DNA of 64,000 nt, taken from an uncultured Phycisphaerales bacterium (lineage in GTDB: Bacteria; Planctomycetota; Phycisphaerae; Tepidisphaerales; Tepidisphaeraceae). Both the position numbers and the translations under genes were made by a program. Of this stretch, positions 10,192 through 22,134 are shown one piece after another. Numbering within the stretch: position 1 is the stretch's first letter; each line of letters starts with the position of its first letter. The notes beneath the pieces are model-generated. The model did not search any database. It was given only the letters and a program-made list of their open reading frames with translations, and was not told where the DNA came from. Location of the stretch: positions 1 through 64,000 of the forward strand of contig CAVWVQ010000001.1 of NCBI GenBank assembly GCA_963758525.1, written 5' to 3'.

Positions 10192-11321
10192 ATGTCATTA
10201 CAAGTATTAGACGACAAGCGGCGGCTGCAATCTCTCAAGGAGATGCTGCATCAATACAGCGGTCCGGCGGCGGAGGCGCTGATCGAGCGGAAGGGCGATG
10301 GCGCCGTTCAGTGCTTTGCGTGCGGGCACCGCTGCGTGGTGAAGCCGGGGCGCGATGGGGTTTGCCGGGTGAGGTTTAACGAGGGGGGGCAATTGCTGGC
10401 GCGCGCGGATATGTGGGGGCGCTGGCTTGTGATCCGATCGAGAAGAAGCCCTTCTTTCATGTTTTGCCGGGGAGCGACGCGCTGACCTTCGGCATGCTGG
10501 GGTGTGATTATCATTGCGGCTACTGTCAGAATTGGGTGACGAGCCAAATGCTGCGCGACGCCGATGCGGCTGCGCCGCCGAGGGTGACCACGGCGCGGGA
10601 ACTGGTCGATTATGCGATCCGCCATCAGGCGCCGGTGATCGCGTCCAGCTATAACGAGCCGCTGATCACCAGCGAATGGGCGGTGGAGGTCTTTGCCGAG
10701 GCGCGCGAGCGCGGCTTGCGATGCGCGTATATCTCCAATGGGAATGCGACGCCGCAAGTGCTGGACTTCATTCGGCCGTTTGTCGAAGCCTATAAGGTCG
10801 ATCTGAAGACATTCAACCCGAAGCACTACCGCCAGCTTGGCGGCGTCCTGGAAAACGTGACGGGAACCATCCGCATGCTCAAGGAGCGCGGCTTCTGGGT
10901 CGAGATCGTCACGCTGGTCGTTCCGGGATTCAGCGACGATGCGGATGAGCTCAAACGAATGGCCGACTTCCTCGCCGGGATCGACCCGCTGATGCCCTGG
11001 CACATCACGGCGTTTCATCCCGACTATAAGATGATGGACCATCGCGCAACGCAGGCGGAAGATCTGTTGAAGATCGTGGAGATCGGCACGAACGCGGGGA
11101 TGCGGTATTTGTACCCCGGCAATCTGCCCGGCAAAGTCGCAGAGTGGGAGAACACGCGCTGCCACTCATGCAACGCCACGGTCATTCGCCGACGTGGATT
11201 TCTGGTGATGGAGAATCGGCTGGGAGACGGCGGCCAGTGCCCCGGTTGCGGAGTCGTCCTGCCGGGGATCTGGGGAAGGGCGTCGGGACACGGCGACGGA
11301 CGGGTGCGGGGGATCGTGTAA
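10192..11321 (+). CDS. amrS: AmmeMemoRadiSam system radical SAM enzyme (frameshift near 10405)
   Basis: VQCFACGHRC...GVCRVR, DPIEKKPFFH, CxxxCxxC (GCDYHCGYCQNW), SYNEP, WHITAFHPDY. Confidence 0.9.
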
Positions 11322-11392
11322 AACTTGCTTGGATGGCGCTGGCTTTTTACGATCAGTCGGGAAGAGTGGGCTCGCCTGGCAGGAGAAACGAT

Positions 11393-12604
11393 ATGCGGCA
11401 ACGACGGATCCTGGCGACAGTTGTGATGATCTGCGCCTTGTCCTCGTCGCTCCTGGCACGCCAGGGGACGGTCATCACCAAAGATAACAACCCTTTCGAG
11501 GGAGACATTACCGAAGACCAGGCAGCGGGAAATGTCACCGTCGTCACCCACGGAATCCACTACACGTTCAAGCTGGCCAACGTGGAATCCATCATCTACC
11601 TCGATGAGGTCGACAGGGATGTTCGCACGAAAATGTCGGCGCTCGCGGCCAACGATGTAAAGGGCCGCCTGGCATTGGCGCAATATGCGATCGCTCATCA
11701 CGCGTTGCAAACCGCCCATGACGTGCTGACGGACGCGCAGAAGATCGACCCGAACGACCCGGATGTGCGGGATACGCTCGAGCGCGTGAAGCGCAATTAC
11801 GGGCGCGGCAGCCCGCGGCGCCGCCGATTGCGCCGGTCGCCGCGACCCGGCCGACAACGACGCCAAGCACCGTCCCGGCGGTGGCCGTCGCACCGCTGAA
11901 ATCTGATGCGCCGCCGACTCCCTCGCCAGCCGGCGCGGCTGTCCGCCAGTTGACGGCCGACGAGATCAACCAGGTCCGTCAGTTGGAGCTGCGCGACGGC
12001 GACAACGTGCGCGTCAGGATCGATCCTGATTTGCGAAGGCGGTTCGCGGAGTACATCAACATGTCGGTGGCGGACTTCAACAAGCTTCCCCCCATGCAAC
12101 AGGCGTTCATGATCATCGATAAGGGAAAACCGGATATGGCCCGCAACGTGAAGATTCTCAGCGACCCGCCGGCGATCGCATCGTTCCGCAAAGACGTGGA
12201 GCGCACGCTCGTCGCCGGGTGCGCCACGAGCAAGTGCCACGGAGGTCCCGCCCCAGGGGCGTTTCGGCTCTTCCCGCGGGAGAACGAAAGTGCGGCCTTT
12301 ACGAATTTCGTGATCGTCCAGCAGTACTCCGCGCATACAGGGCCGCCAGGTATTTCTCATCGACCGGGAAAATCCGGAACAGTCGCTGCTGCTGGATTAT
12401 CTGCTGCCCCCAGGGATCACGGACTCCCCGCACCCTGACGCCAAGGGATATCACGGGGCCGTGCGCAACAAAGCCGATCCGCGCTACGGCGCAGTTCTGG
12501 CATGGATTCGCGATGGGCTCAAACCCGTGCCTCCCGATTACTCGAAGATCGATCTCACCCGGCCCCCCACGACGCAACCCGCCGAAGCGGCAGCAACGCC
12601 ATGA
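11393..12604 (+). CDS. Secreted protein with TPR-like segment and CxxxxCH motif (frameshifts near 11805 and 12335)
   Basis: Signal peptide; AGGAG RBS; GCATSKCHGG; pieces in ORFs 11144-11899 and 11881-12438 plus a third frame ending TGA 12604. Confidence 0.6.
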
Positions 12605-13053
12605 GTCCCGGCGGGCTGCTGTGCCTGACCTTCGGCCTGACCTGCGGCGCAACGATCGCGCAGCGGGTTGTCGAACACAATCGCCGCAAGGCGCTGCGCC
12701 GATTAGCGGCGGCATGGCGGATGAATTTCAACGCCGGCGATCAGTTGCGGCTTGCCGCGCGCGTGGCCCACTATCTGCCAATTCCTGGCGCCGCCAATGT
12801 GACGGTGGGGGACGTGATTTATGGAATCGACGGAGACTTCTACCGATACATTTTCACTGCGGAGTACACGGTGGGGGTCTTAGGCACCAAGCGACGCTGC
12901 ATGCGCGTTGCGGCATTTGCCGAGCCGCGCGATCGCAACCGCCCGCAGCCGCCGGATCAGGTGATGCTGGCTCCGCTGGAGTTGCCGTTAATCGAGCAAT
13001 ATCAGAGGCTCTCGCCATCGAGCGTGGCGCCAACTGCCGCGCACGAATCTTGA
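12601..13053 (+). CDS. Hypothetical protein with N-terminal membrane anchor
   Basis: ATGA overlap with the upstream gene; 150 aa. Confidence 0.65.
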   Translation: MSPGGLLCLTFGLTCGATIAQRVVEHNRRKALRRLAAAWRMNFNAGDQLRLAARVAHYLPIPGAANVTVGDVIYGIDGDFYRYIFTAEYTVGVLGTKRRCMRVAAFAEPRDRNRPQPPDQVMLAPLELPLIEQYQRLSPSSVAPTAAHES

Positions 13054-13083
13054 TCAATTTGAAACGGTGAGTGACGCAATCAT

Positions 13084-13139
13084 GTAGCACGGCCGTATCG
13101 GCTGTGGCCGTGCGATCACAGCCGGGACGGCCGTGCTAC
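13084..13139. repeat. GTAG-type REP doublet, family B copy 1
   Basis: GTAGCACGGCCGTATCGGCTGTG...CACAGCCGGGACGGCCGTGCTAC; related to 38360-38414. Confidence 0.75.
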
Positions 13140-13314
13140 AGGGGAATCGCCCGTTGCTGTCGTCGAAATTATCGGACCAGTTTATTCGTTCCCGGCTTGC
13201 CCACAGTCGCTCGTCAGGAATTTCCTGAGTAGGAACCGGACAGTTTTCGTTACGCCCACCGCGTCGCGCAGCGTATAATGCAATCGTTGCCGTAACGCGG
13301 GAAGAAGGCTGACA

Positions 13315-13724
13315 TTGGGCTGCCGAATTCTGATTGTTGACGATCACGTCGATACGCTGTCGGTGTTGTCGCGCCTGTTGAAGGGCGAAGGTCACGACGT
13401 TGCCGTGGCCGCCACCGCCCAAAGCGCGTTGGAGCGCATCTGCAAACAGACTTTTGACCTGCTGCTGATCGACCTGGGTCTTCCGGATCAGGACGGGCGC
13501 GATCTCCTTCGCGGGCGCGCGCTTTCTGCGGAGCCCCCGCGATCGCGCTGACCGGTTACGGCATGGAAGCTGATTTGGAAAGCTGCAAAACCGCTGGTTT
13601 TGCGAAGCATCTCATCAAGCCGATCGCGTTTGATGTTTTGCTGACCGCGTTGGACGAAATGAGAGACCTCATCCCCGCTGGCGCCGCCGACCCATACGGT
13701 GCCGCGGCATTTCCAAAGGGCTGA
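13315..13724 (+). CDS. Single-domain response regulator (frameshift near 13515)
   Basis: RILIVDDH, DLLLIDLGLPDQDG, then IALTGYG...AGFAKHLIKP in the next frame. Confidence 0.8.
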
Positions 13725-13910
13725 TCCCGTTCATCTTGCAACTGACTTGCGCAAATCGCCATCAGGCTTTTGCCCGGCGTGCTGCGCGGCTATACTCCGC
13801 GTCCACGGCGGGTCGGCGGACCCGTCTGAGCGGAGCAGTGACGGTTCGTACTGCGCTCCTCCCGATTCAGTATTCCGAGATTAAGAACGCCTGGCGACGG
13901 GCAGCCTTTC

Positions 13911-14453
13911 ATGTGGTATTTCGCATACGGCTCGAATCTGAACTCGCAGGCGGTTACCGAATGGTGCCGCCATTTCGGCCATCGTCCCCCAGCGATGAAA
14001 GCCGGAAAAGCGGCCGTCCTCGACAATTACAGGCTTTGCTTTCCAATCTTCAGCGAATATTGGGGCGGCGGAATTGCCGACATCGTCTACGATCCCGGAA
14101 AGTACGTCGCTGGCGCGATGTTCGAAGTGACCGACAATGAAATCGCCGTATTGGACCTGAAGGTTCAACGCAAAGTGGACAGCTCCGGAAAAGAGACCGG
14201 CGTGTACCGGCGGATCGAAGTGAAGGTCGCCCCGCTGGGCCGCGGCGAGGCAGTGACCGCCGTCACCTATCAGGGCCTTAACGCGGATCGCTACAGTATT
14301 CCGCCGACGCAGCATTACATGGATTCGGTGATACAAGGGGCGTACGGATTTGGGATGTCGATGATGTGGATCGCGTATCTGCAGAGTTTCAGCACGCAAG
14401 TCGGTCGAAAACCACGCCCGCCCGGCGCGGGCGACGCGGCTCCGAGGTTGTAA
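13911..14453 (+). CDS. Gamma-glutamylcyclotransferase family protein
   Basis: YFAYGSNL motif; GGGIADIV. Confidence 0.88.
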   Translation: MWYFAYGSNLNSQAVTEWCRHFGHRPPAMKAGKAAVLDNYRLCFPIFSEYWGGGIADIVYDPGKYVAGAMFEVTDNEIAVLDLKVQRKVDSSGKETGVYRRIEVKVAPLGRGEAVTAVTYQGLNADRYSIPPTQHYMDSVIQGAYGFGMSMMWIAYLQSFSTQVGRKPRPPGAGDAAPRL

Positions 14454-14457
14454 CCCA

Positions 14458-15666
14458 ATGTCCAACACCAGCGAGATTGTCGAGCGGGGCAGCAAAACCC
14501 TCATCGGAAACTACGCGCGGCTTCCCATCGTCATGGACCGCGGCGAAGGGTGCCATCTGTGGGACGTCGAGGGAAAGCGATACCTCGATCTGTTCGCGGG
14601 ATTTGGCGGCGGCATTCTGGGCCACGCGCATCCCGTGCTGGTTGCCGCGGTCACCGAACAGGCGAAGAAGCTCTGGCATGTCGGAAATACGTTTCACACG
14701 TTGCCGCAGATCGAGTTGGCCGAGCGCCTCAATCGCCATGCGTTTGCGGGCCAGGCGTTTTTCTGCCACAGCGGCGCGGAAGCCAACGAGGCGGCCTGCA
14801 AGCTGGCGCGGTTGCGGGGGGTAGCCGAGTCGCCCAATCGATTCAGGATCATTTCGCTTCAGCACAGCTTTCATGGCCGAACGCTGGCGATGATCGCTGC
14901 CACCGGCAACCCCGCCGTGCGCGCGGGGTTTGGGCCGGAGGTTGCTGGATTCGATCAGGTTGACGCGGGCGATTTCGAGTCGCTCAGCCGCGCGGTCTCG
15001 GATGAAACCTGCGGAATCATTTTCGAGCCGATCCAAGGCGAGGGAGGAATCAATCTCTATCCCGACGGCTATGTGCAAAAAGTGCGCGAGCTTTGCGACA
15101 AGCGAAAGATCACGTTGATTTTTGACGAGGTCTGGACCGGTTGCGGTCGAACGGGCCGGTGGTTTGGCCACCAGCATGTTCGTGACACGGCTGGAAATGT
15201 GATCGAGCCGGATATCATGACGCTGGGCAAAGCGATCGGCGGGGGGCTGCCGGTCGGCGTGATGTATGCCAGGCCGCAATTGGCGTCGCTGCTGGTTCCC
15301 GGAAAACATGGATGCACGCTCGGCGGCAATCCGATCTGCATGTCGGCGGCCCGCGCGGTCTTCGACGTGATCGAGAAGGAAAATCTTCTCGCCAACGCCG
15401 CGGCCCAGGGTGAACATGCCATCGCCAGGTTGCGTAACGAATCGCGTATCAAGGCGAAAGTCGCGGGCATTCGGGGTCGCGGGCTTTTCCTGGGAATTGA
15501 GCTGAAGGAGGCCCCGACCCGGATCGTCGAGAAGGCGCTGGATCGCGGCGTGATCATCAATCTAACCGCCAAGAAAGTGCTTCGGCTCGCGCCGCCGATC
15601 AATATTCAGCGTGAACAATGGGACCAGGGGCTGGATGTGCTGGTGGAACTGATTGCCTCGCTCTGA
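14458..15666 (+). CDS. argD: Acetylornithine aminotransferase
   Basis: SGAEANEAA, SFHGRT, EPIQGEGG, IFDEVWTG, TLGKAIGGG, HGCTLGGNP. Confidence 0.92.
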   Translation: MSNTSEIVERGSKTLIGNYARLPIVMDRGEGCHLWDVEGKRYLDLFAGFGGGILGHAHPVLVAAVTEQAKKLWHVGNTFHTLPQIELAERLNRHAFAGQAFFCHSGAEANEAACKLARLRGVAESPNRFRIISLQHSFHGRTLAMIAATGNPAVRAGFGPEVAGFDQVDAGDFESLSRAVSDETCGIIFEPIQGEGGINLYPDGYVQKVRELCDKRKITLIFDEVWTGCGRTGRWFGHQHVRDTAGNVIEPDIMTLGKAIGGGLPVGVMYARPQLASLLVPGKHGCTLGGNPICMSAARAVFDVIEKENLLANAAAQGEHAIARLRNESRIKAKVAGIRGRGLFLGIELKEAPTRIVEKALDRGVIINLTAKKVLRLAPPINIQREQWDQGLDVLVELIASL

Positions 15667-16648
15667 GGCGCTGGGATTCGGTATGAACCGAGAGCTGCCC
15701 ACCACTTTCGGCTTGTCTCTTTTCCCTTCCTCTGGCCCTCCCCCGGAGTATCAGCGGAGGGGAAAAGAGAGAAGCGGGAAGCTTTTCGTGTCCACGCACA
15801 GATGGCGCCCCCTCGCGATACTGCCGCTGCTGATGTTGACCGGCTGTCCGGGCGGCCCTCCTCCTGCAACCGACCCAGTCGTGCATTCGGCTCCCGATGA
15901 TGCATCATCGCCGACGCAGGGGACAACTGCACCGGTGGACGGAAGCGATGCTCCGGAGAACGGTCCGAGAGTGGTGGCGTTGGATGTTTATCAACTCTCG
16001 GTGCCGCTGGGTTCCATCAGCCGTAGCGAGGAATTTTGGAAACATGTGGAGGAGGAGTCCGCGATCGACATCGGAACCTACGACCTCCTGCTGAAGAATT
16101 GCGTGAGGGTTGGGATCGGCGACAACAAAGACTGGCCCTTTTTCAAGTCGCTGATCGACAACAATCACGCCACCGCGATGCGCGGCTCCTCCAGCCCGTC
16201 GGCGCAGGGTTTTCTGCAACTGACGCTCAAGTCCAAGATTCCGTTCGAGGACGTCTTCTGGACCGACGATCACAACATCCTGACTGGCCGAACGTTCGAG
16301 GACTGTGAGAATCTCCTGTCGATCAGCTTTGAGCCGCATCAGCGAAAGCTGGATCATGCCGTGCTGAAAGTCTGCCCGGTGATTCGCGGCACCCGCAAGC
16401 TGTTTCGATTTACGCCTCTGAATCACGAAGAGCCCGGGCTCGAAGCGGTCTATCCCGAACAATTGCTGCAACTTGCTGTCGAGGCGGACGTGCCGCCGGA
16501 ACATTTTCTGATCTTCGGGCCGACGGCAAATTCGCACCCTGACACCAGCCTGGGTCGAACTTTTTTCGTGAAGGGCGGAGATGCGGAAGAACTGGAGACC
16601 GTGCTGATCCTTTCCCCCAGAACGCTTCATCTTTCGCCGATGCGTTGA
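15653..16648 (+). CDS. Hypothetical lipoprotein (true start uncertain, probably near 15788)
   Basis: Lipobox-like LLMLTGC; long ORF. Confidence 0.6.
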   Translation: MPRSEALGFGMNRELPTTFGLSLFPSSGPPPEYQRRGKERSGKLFVSTHRWRPLAILPLLMLTGCPGGPPPATDPVVHSAPDDASSPTQGTTAPVDGSDAPENGPRVVALDVYQLSVPLGSISRSEEFWKHVEEESAIDIGTYDLLLKNCVRVGIGDNKDWPFFKSLIDNNHATAMRGSSSPSAQGFLQLTLKSKIPFEDVFWTDDHNILTGRTFEDCENLLSISFEPHQRKLDHAVLKVCPVIRGTRKLFRFTPLNHEEPGLEAVYPEQLLQLAVEADVPPEHFLIFGPTANSHPDTSLGRTFFVKGGDAEELETVLILSPRTLHLSPMR

Positions 16649-16677
16649 GGAACGGGCTCATGATCCAGAATGCCGAC

Positions 16678-16758
16678 CACGCCGAGTCTGAGGTACTCCG
16701 AAGGCTCGGATCAAGCGCCGGAATATCCGAGCCTTCGGAGCACCTCAGACTCGGGGTG
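16678..16758. repeat. Long hairpin / REP-like element, family C copy 1
   Basis: CCGAGTCTGAGGTACTCCGAAGGCTCGG...CCGAGCCTTCGGAGCACCTCAGACTCGG; related to 43020-43094. Confidence 0.75.
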
Positions 16759-16788
16759 GAATTGTGAAACAAGCTCTGATCGAGAAAA

Positions 16789-17607
16789 ATGGTTTCTATG
16801 GACGTCACGCAACGGTTGATTTGCAAATGGTGTCAAAGCCAGAATCCCGCGGACGCCACCGCCTGCCGGACCTGCGGAGCACCGCTGGATGTGCGCGACA
16901 TGGTGAGCGATTCGGGATGGACCGCCGCGCCGCGCATCCGCGACATGACGGAGATCCATTTCGGGCAGAGCGTCTGCCAGGTCGAGGGTCAGATTGTTCC
17001 TGTCGCGGAGGTGACGCTGGGGGATGGCGACTCGATTTATTTTGAGCATCACACGCTCCTCTGGCGGGATGAGAGCATCCGCATTTCATCGATGCCGTTG
17101 ACGGGGACGATCAAGCGATTGCTCGCGGGGATGCCGTTTGTCGTGACCCGCGCGGGCGGCTCGGGACACATTGCCTTCTCGCGCGACGCCACCGGCGAAT
17201 TGGTCGTCCTGCCGCTCCATCCGGGCATGGAAATGGACGTGCGCGAGCATGCGTTTCTCCTGGCATCGCATTCGGTTCAATATTCGTTTATCCGCGTGAA
17301 AGGTCTGGCCAATATTTTTTTTGGCGGCGAAGGGATGTTCATGGATCGCTTCGTGGCCGCCGGCGAGAGCGGGCTGCTCATTCTGCACGGGTACGGGAAT
17401 GTGTTTCAACGGACGCTCAAGGCGGGAGAGAGCATCCTCCTGGAGCCGGGCGGGTTTCTCTATAAGGACGCATCGGTGAAGATGGATGTGGAGATGCAGA
17501 ACTTGAGCACCGGTCTGCTCGGCGGCGCGGGCCTCGCCTTGGCGCGGATGACCGGGCCGGGCCGCGTCGGAATCCAATCGATGTATCACCACCACAAGTC
17601 CTCCTGA
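16789..17607 (+). CDS. AIM24 family protein with N-terminal zinc ribbon
   Basis: CKWC...CRTC; REHAFL, FFGGEGMFM, MTGPGRVGIQS. Confidence 0.85.
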   Translation: MVSMDVTQRLICKWCQSQNPADATACRTCGAPLDVRDMVSDSGWTAAPRIRDMTEIHFGQSVCQVEGQIVPVAEVTLGDGDSIYFEHHTLLWRDESIRISSMPLTGTIKRLLAGMPFVVTRAGGSGHIAFSRDATGELVVLPLHPGMEMDVREHAFLLASHSVQYSFIRVKGLANIFFGGEGMFMDRFVAAGESGLLILHGYGNVFQRTLKAGESILLEPGGFLYKDASVKMDVEMQNLSTGLLGGAGLALARMTGPGRVGIQSMYHHHKSS

Positions 17608-17613
17608 TCCGTG

Positions 17614-18803
17614 ATGACCGCGAACGATCCAGCCTCGACCTCGTCCGACCGCTGCCCCTGGTGCGGCGCCGCTGCCGATCATGCGCAGATGAGTTGCCCC
17701 GCGTGCGGCGCCGCGCTCAAGTTCAAGCCGCGGCGGGATGACTCGGGTTGGGTTGAGCTTCCGCCGATCAAGGACATGGCGCGGCTGCGCATCGGCGCTT
17801 CCACTTGCCAGATCGAGGGGGAGTATGTTCCAGTCGTCGATTTCAATCTTGCCGCCGGTGACGGCGTTTACTTCGCGCACCACGTGATGCTTTGGCGCGA
17901 CGTCGGCGTCAGGATGCAGACGATGCCGCTGAAAGGCGCGCTGCGACGATTTGTTTCTGGTCTCCCGGTGGTGATGACCGAGGCGTCAGGCCCGGGACAC
18001 ATCGCCTTTTCCAGCGACATTCCCGGCGAGATCGTTGCCATTCCGCTGCAGCCAGGCCAGTCGCTTCACGTCCGCGAACATGCATTTATCGCGGCCACCA
18101 GAGCCGTCTCGTACGACTGGCAACTCTGCGGAGCCTGGTTCCAAACCGGCTCGGGAAAAGATCAGCAGACGCACTATGCGATCGGGCGTTTCATCGATGA
18201 ATTCTCCGCGACGAACGATCCAGGGCTGCTGCTGCTTCACGGCGGCGGGAATGTTTTTGTTCGCGATCTGGGTCCGGACGAATGGCTGTTCGTGAAGCCG
18301 GCGTCGTTCCTTTTCAAGGACCCCTCAGTCCGTGTCGGAATGATCACGGATGCGACGATGGCCGTGGTCGGATACCAGCGCATTCTCTGGCTGCAGCTTG
18401 TCGGACCCGGTCGGATCGGCATCCAGTCGGCATATCCGCCCCTTGAAGGAGAGCACGAGGCCGTCACAGGCATTTCGGGGCGTGTGAGCGGCGCTTGGGA
18501 AAAAGGCAGAGCCGCGCCGGCCTTTGCCGCCATTTCCGGCAATCGCGGAGATCGCGCACGACAACTTCTCACCAACAGCTCGACACAGGCGAGCATTCCA
18601 AGAACGCCGACGTACCATTTGTCGGCCACGGACTACCGCGTGGGCATCTCCAGGCGAATTGCCGAGGCGATGGTGGATGGTGAGCTTCCCCCGGGGGCGA
18701 TGTCGGAAATTGAGGCCGACGCCGCAAAGCGGGGGCTCTCGGCGCATGATCTGCGAATGCTGATCAATCACGTGAAAACCGACCTCCGCGGCGGTGGGCG
18801 TAA
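17614..18803 (+). CDS. Second AIM24 family protein with zinc ribbon and C-terminal extension (end uncertain)
   Basis: CPWC...CPAC; REHAFI, GPGRIGIQS; paralog of the upstream gene; ORF track reads through to 19029, probably from an indel. Confidence 0.75.
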
Positions 18804-19656
18804 TGGCGTCGCGCCGAAGAAGGTCTGTCCGATGGATGCGCGCGTCGATCGTCGGGGCGCTGGTTGCCTACGTTCTGCTGATTCCATCCGGCTGCGCGGC
18901 GAATTGGCTGGTGCTTGGCGAAAACCATCAGACGATCGATCCGCACGGCGCGCGTCAGCGGATACTGCATGTCGATGGAAGGGCGATCGAATGCTGGATC
19001 GCGCGATCCCCCGGAGCGAAGAATCGTGAGCCTGCGGCGTTTTCGATTCTGTTCACCGGCAAGGGCGATCGGGTCGACCGTTGGATCAACGTTGTCGCCG
19101 ACGCATGGGGCGATAAACCGGTCGAAGTCTGGGGAATGAATTATCCCGGGTCGGGTGCATCGAGCGGGCCGGTCAAGCTCAAGCTGGTCGTGCCTTCGGC
19201 ACTTGCCGTCTTCGACGAAGTTCAGAAGGTTGCCGGTCGTCGTCCTATTTTGCGCAGGGGGCGAGCTTTGGAACAACCGCGGTTCTCGCCATCGCCGCGC
19301 ACCGCCCGCTGGCTGGAATGATCGTGCACAACCCGCCGCCCCTGCGGCAACTGATTATCGGCAACTATGGATGGTGGAATCTGTGGCTGATTGCCGTTCC
19401 GGTGGGGATGCAGGTTCCTGATGATCTCGATTCGGTCGTGAACGGGGCCAGGAGCCGCGCGCCGTGCGTCTTCGTTTTTTCCGAGGCCGACGAAGTCATT
19501 CCGCCGCGATATCACCAACTGGTGGTGGATGCATATAAAGGGCCGACCAGGATTATCAGAATGCCCGGGGCGATGCACGACGCGCCCCTCCCGCGGGATG
19601 CCGCCGACGAGCTGGCGCGCGATCGCGACTGGTTGTGGAGTTGCGCCGGGCTTTGA
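18803..19656 (+). CDS. Alpha/beta hydrolase (frameshift near 19255)
   Basis: NYPGSGAS, GASFG nucleophile elbow after frame correction, DEVIP, GAMHD. Confidence 0.8.
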
Positions 19657-19825
19657 GCCATTTCTTCTATCCGATGGCGCCGCATTGACTTATGTTTAAC
19701 CGCGCATTCGGCGCGTCTGATGGTTTCCGCTAAACAACAGTCCGTTCAGACCCGATATGTGCAACGGCGACCATACTCGGATCGCCGCGGGGGACACCCG
19801 TGTAGTCTGAACCGGAGCGTTTTTG

Positions 19826-21874
19826 ATGCGCGCTTTGATGGTCGATGACGACGAGCTTTCGCTGGAGCTGCTCGAAGGCGTCCTGCGCGAGCTCGGATAC
19901 GAGGTGGAGCGCGCCACCAACGGAAAAGAAGCGCTGGAAAAGCTTCGCAAGGAGCCGATTCATCTGGTCATCACTGATTGGGACATGCCCGAAATGAACG
20001 GACTGGAGTTGAGCCGTGCGATCCGCTCGGAAGACTTCGACGGATATGTCTTCATCATCATGCTGACGGGACGTGACAGCGGCAAGCAGCGCCTCGAAGG
20101 TCTTCACGGCGGGGCCGATGCGTTTCTGACCAAGCCGCTCAATCCCGACGAATTGCTCGTGAGCCTGAAAACCGCCGAGCGGATCCTGGCGCTGGAAACA
20201 CGCGATCTGGCGATGTTCGCGCTGGCGAAGCTCTCCGAAAGCCGCGATCCCGAAACCGGCGCTCACATCGAGCGCGTTCAAAGTTATGCGCGCCTCCTGG
20301 CACAGTACCTTTCGACCACCGAGCATCACTACGGCTTGATCGACACCGAGTTTGTGCGGCTCATTTTTCAGACCAGCCCGCTTCACGATATTGGAAAAGT
20401 CGGAATTCCTGACGCCGTGCTTCTCAAGCCGGGCAAGCTGAACGAGCAGGAGCTGCAGATCATGCGCACCCATGCCAGTCTCGGCGCAGACCCTGGAAGC
20501 ATCGCTGCAGAGATTCCCCAATGTGCAGTTTCTTCAGATGGCCCGTGACATCGCACTGTACCACCACGAAAAATGGGACGGGTCCGGATATCCGCACGGG
20601 CTGGTGGGGACCAGGATTCCCATCGCCGCGCGAATCGTGGCGCTGGCCGACGTTTATGACGCGTTGACCAGCCGCCGTGTGTATCGCGATGCGATGACGC
20701 ACATGCAGGCAAAGACGCTGATTCTGCGCGAGCGGGAAACGCATTTTGATCCGGATGTGGTCGATGCCTTCCTTGCCGTCGAAAAGCAGTTCATTTCCGT
20801 TCACGAGCGTTTCCACGACGACGAACGGGAAGAGCGTTCCATGCAGCAGACCGACGCCACGCGGGAGAAAGAGGCGCAGCGCCCGCGGTCGACCGAAGGC
20901 GCGTTGGTGGTCGACGACGATCCACTGGTGCGCGACATGTTGCAGAATTTCCTGAACATGCATGGCATGGAGTGCATGGTTTGCTGCGATGGAGGCGAGG
21001 CGCTCTCGCTGCTGGAGATTTACAGTCCGCGCCTGATCATTTCCGACTGGGAAATGCCGGGGATCGACGGGCTCGAGTTCTGCCGGCGCGTTCGCTCGCG
21101 GGTCGGCGCGGATCACATCCACTTCATCATGCTGACGGTCCACACCGGCGAGGAAGAGCTGACGCGCGCCTTTGACGCGGGCGTCGATGATTTCCTCGCC
21201 AAACCGTTCAACGACGCTGAACTGATGGCCCGCATCCGCACGGGGATGCGGGCAATCGGGCTTTACGATGAGCTGGCCCGGCAGCACCGCGGCTCGCGGC
21301 AGCTCAACGAACAGTTGACGAGCTTCAATAAACGCCTCGAGAAACTCGCGATCACCGACGATCTGACCGGCCTGTACAACCGCCGCCAGGCGATGCACCG
21401 GCTGGAGGAGCATTGGGCGCTGTGCGAGCGCTATCAACGACCGGTAGCGATCGTGAGCCTGGATATCGATCACTTCAAGCAGATCAACGATGTCCACGGT
21501 CACGCCGGCGGCGATACCGTGCTGTGCCAGATCGCGGACATTCTGCGGCAGTGCGTGCGCAGCACCGATACGGTCTGCCGGATCGGCGGCGAGGAGTTTC
21601 TGATCGTGCTTCCCTATCAGACGCAGCAGGAAGCCGAGATCTGCGCAGGCGCTGCCGTCAGGCGGTCGCCGAGCATCGGTTCGGATTCGGCGAGCAGACG
21701 ATTCGCGCGACCATCAGCGCGGGCGTCGCGAGCCGTCGCAAGGACATGGCCCAATGCTCGGAGATTCTCGTGGAGTCCGATGAGGCGCTGTACGAGGCCA
21801 AGCGGGCCGGCCGCAACACAGTCTGCTGCGCCCGCGGGGATATTTCTGAGCGCGTTGCAGCCGCAATTCCGTGA
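19826..21874 (+). CDS. REC-HD-GYP-REC-GGDEF c-di-GMP signalling protein (frameshifts near 20488 and 21648)
   Basis: REC (DWDMP), LHDIGK, HHEKWDGSGYP, second REC (DWEMP), DIDHFK, RSTD I-site, IGGEEF, ALYEAKRAGRN. Confidence 0.85.
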
Positions 21875-22134
21875 TATGGCGACAGGGGCGCCTCCGGGTC
21901 CGATAAATCCGCATTTCCCATGCGCTGCGGTCGCTTCGTGAGAATCTGGTGCGTAGGCGGGGGCCTCCGGGTCTAATAATTCCGCACTTCCCATTCCACC
22001 ACCGCGGTGAAACTTGAAACGCGGCGTTTGGGCGCGCACAAGTGCGAATTGTTCAGCCCATCCGCTCGGCTGGCCCATGAGGCCGGAATAAACCTGACAG
22101 ACCCGCCAACCGATACGACAGACAGCCGCGGCAA

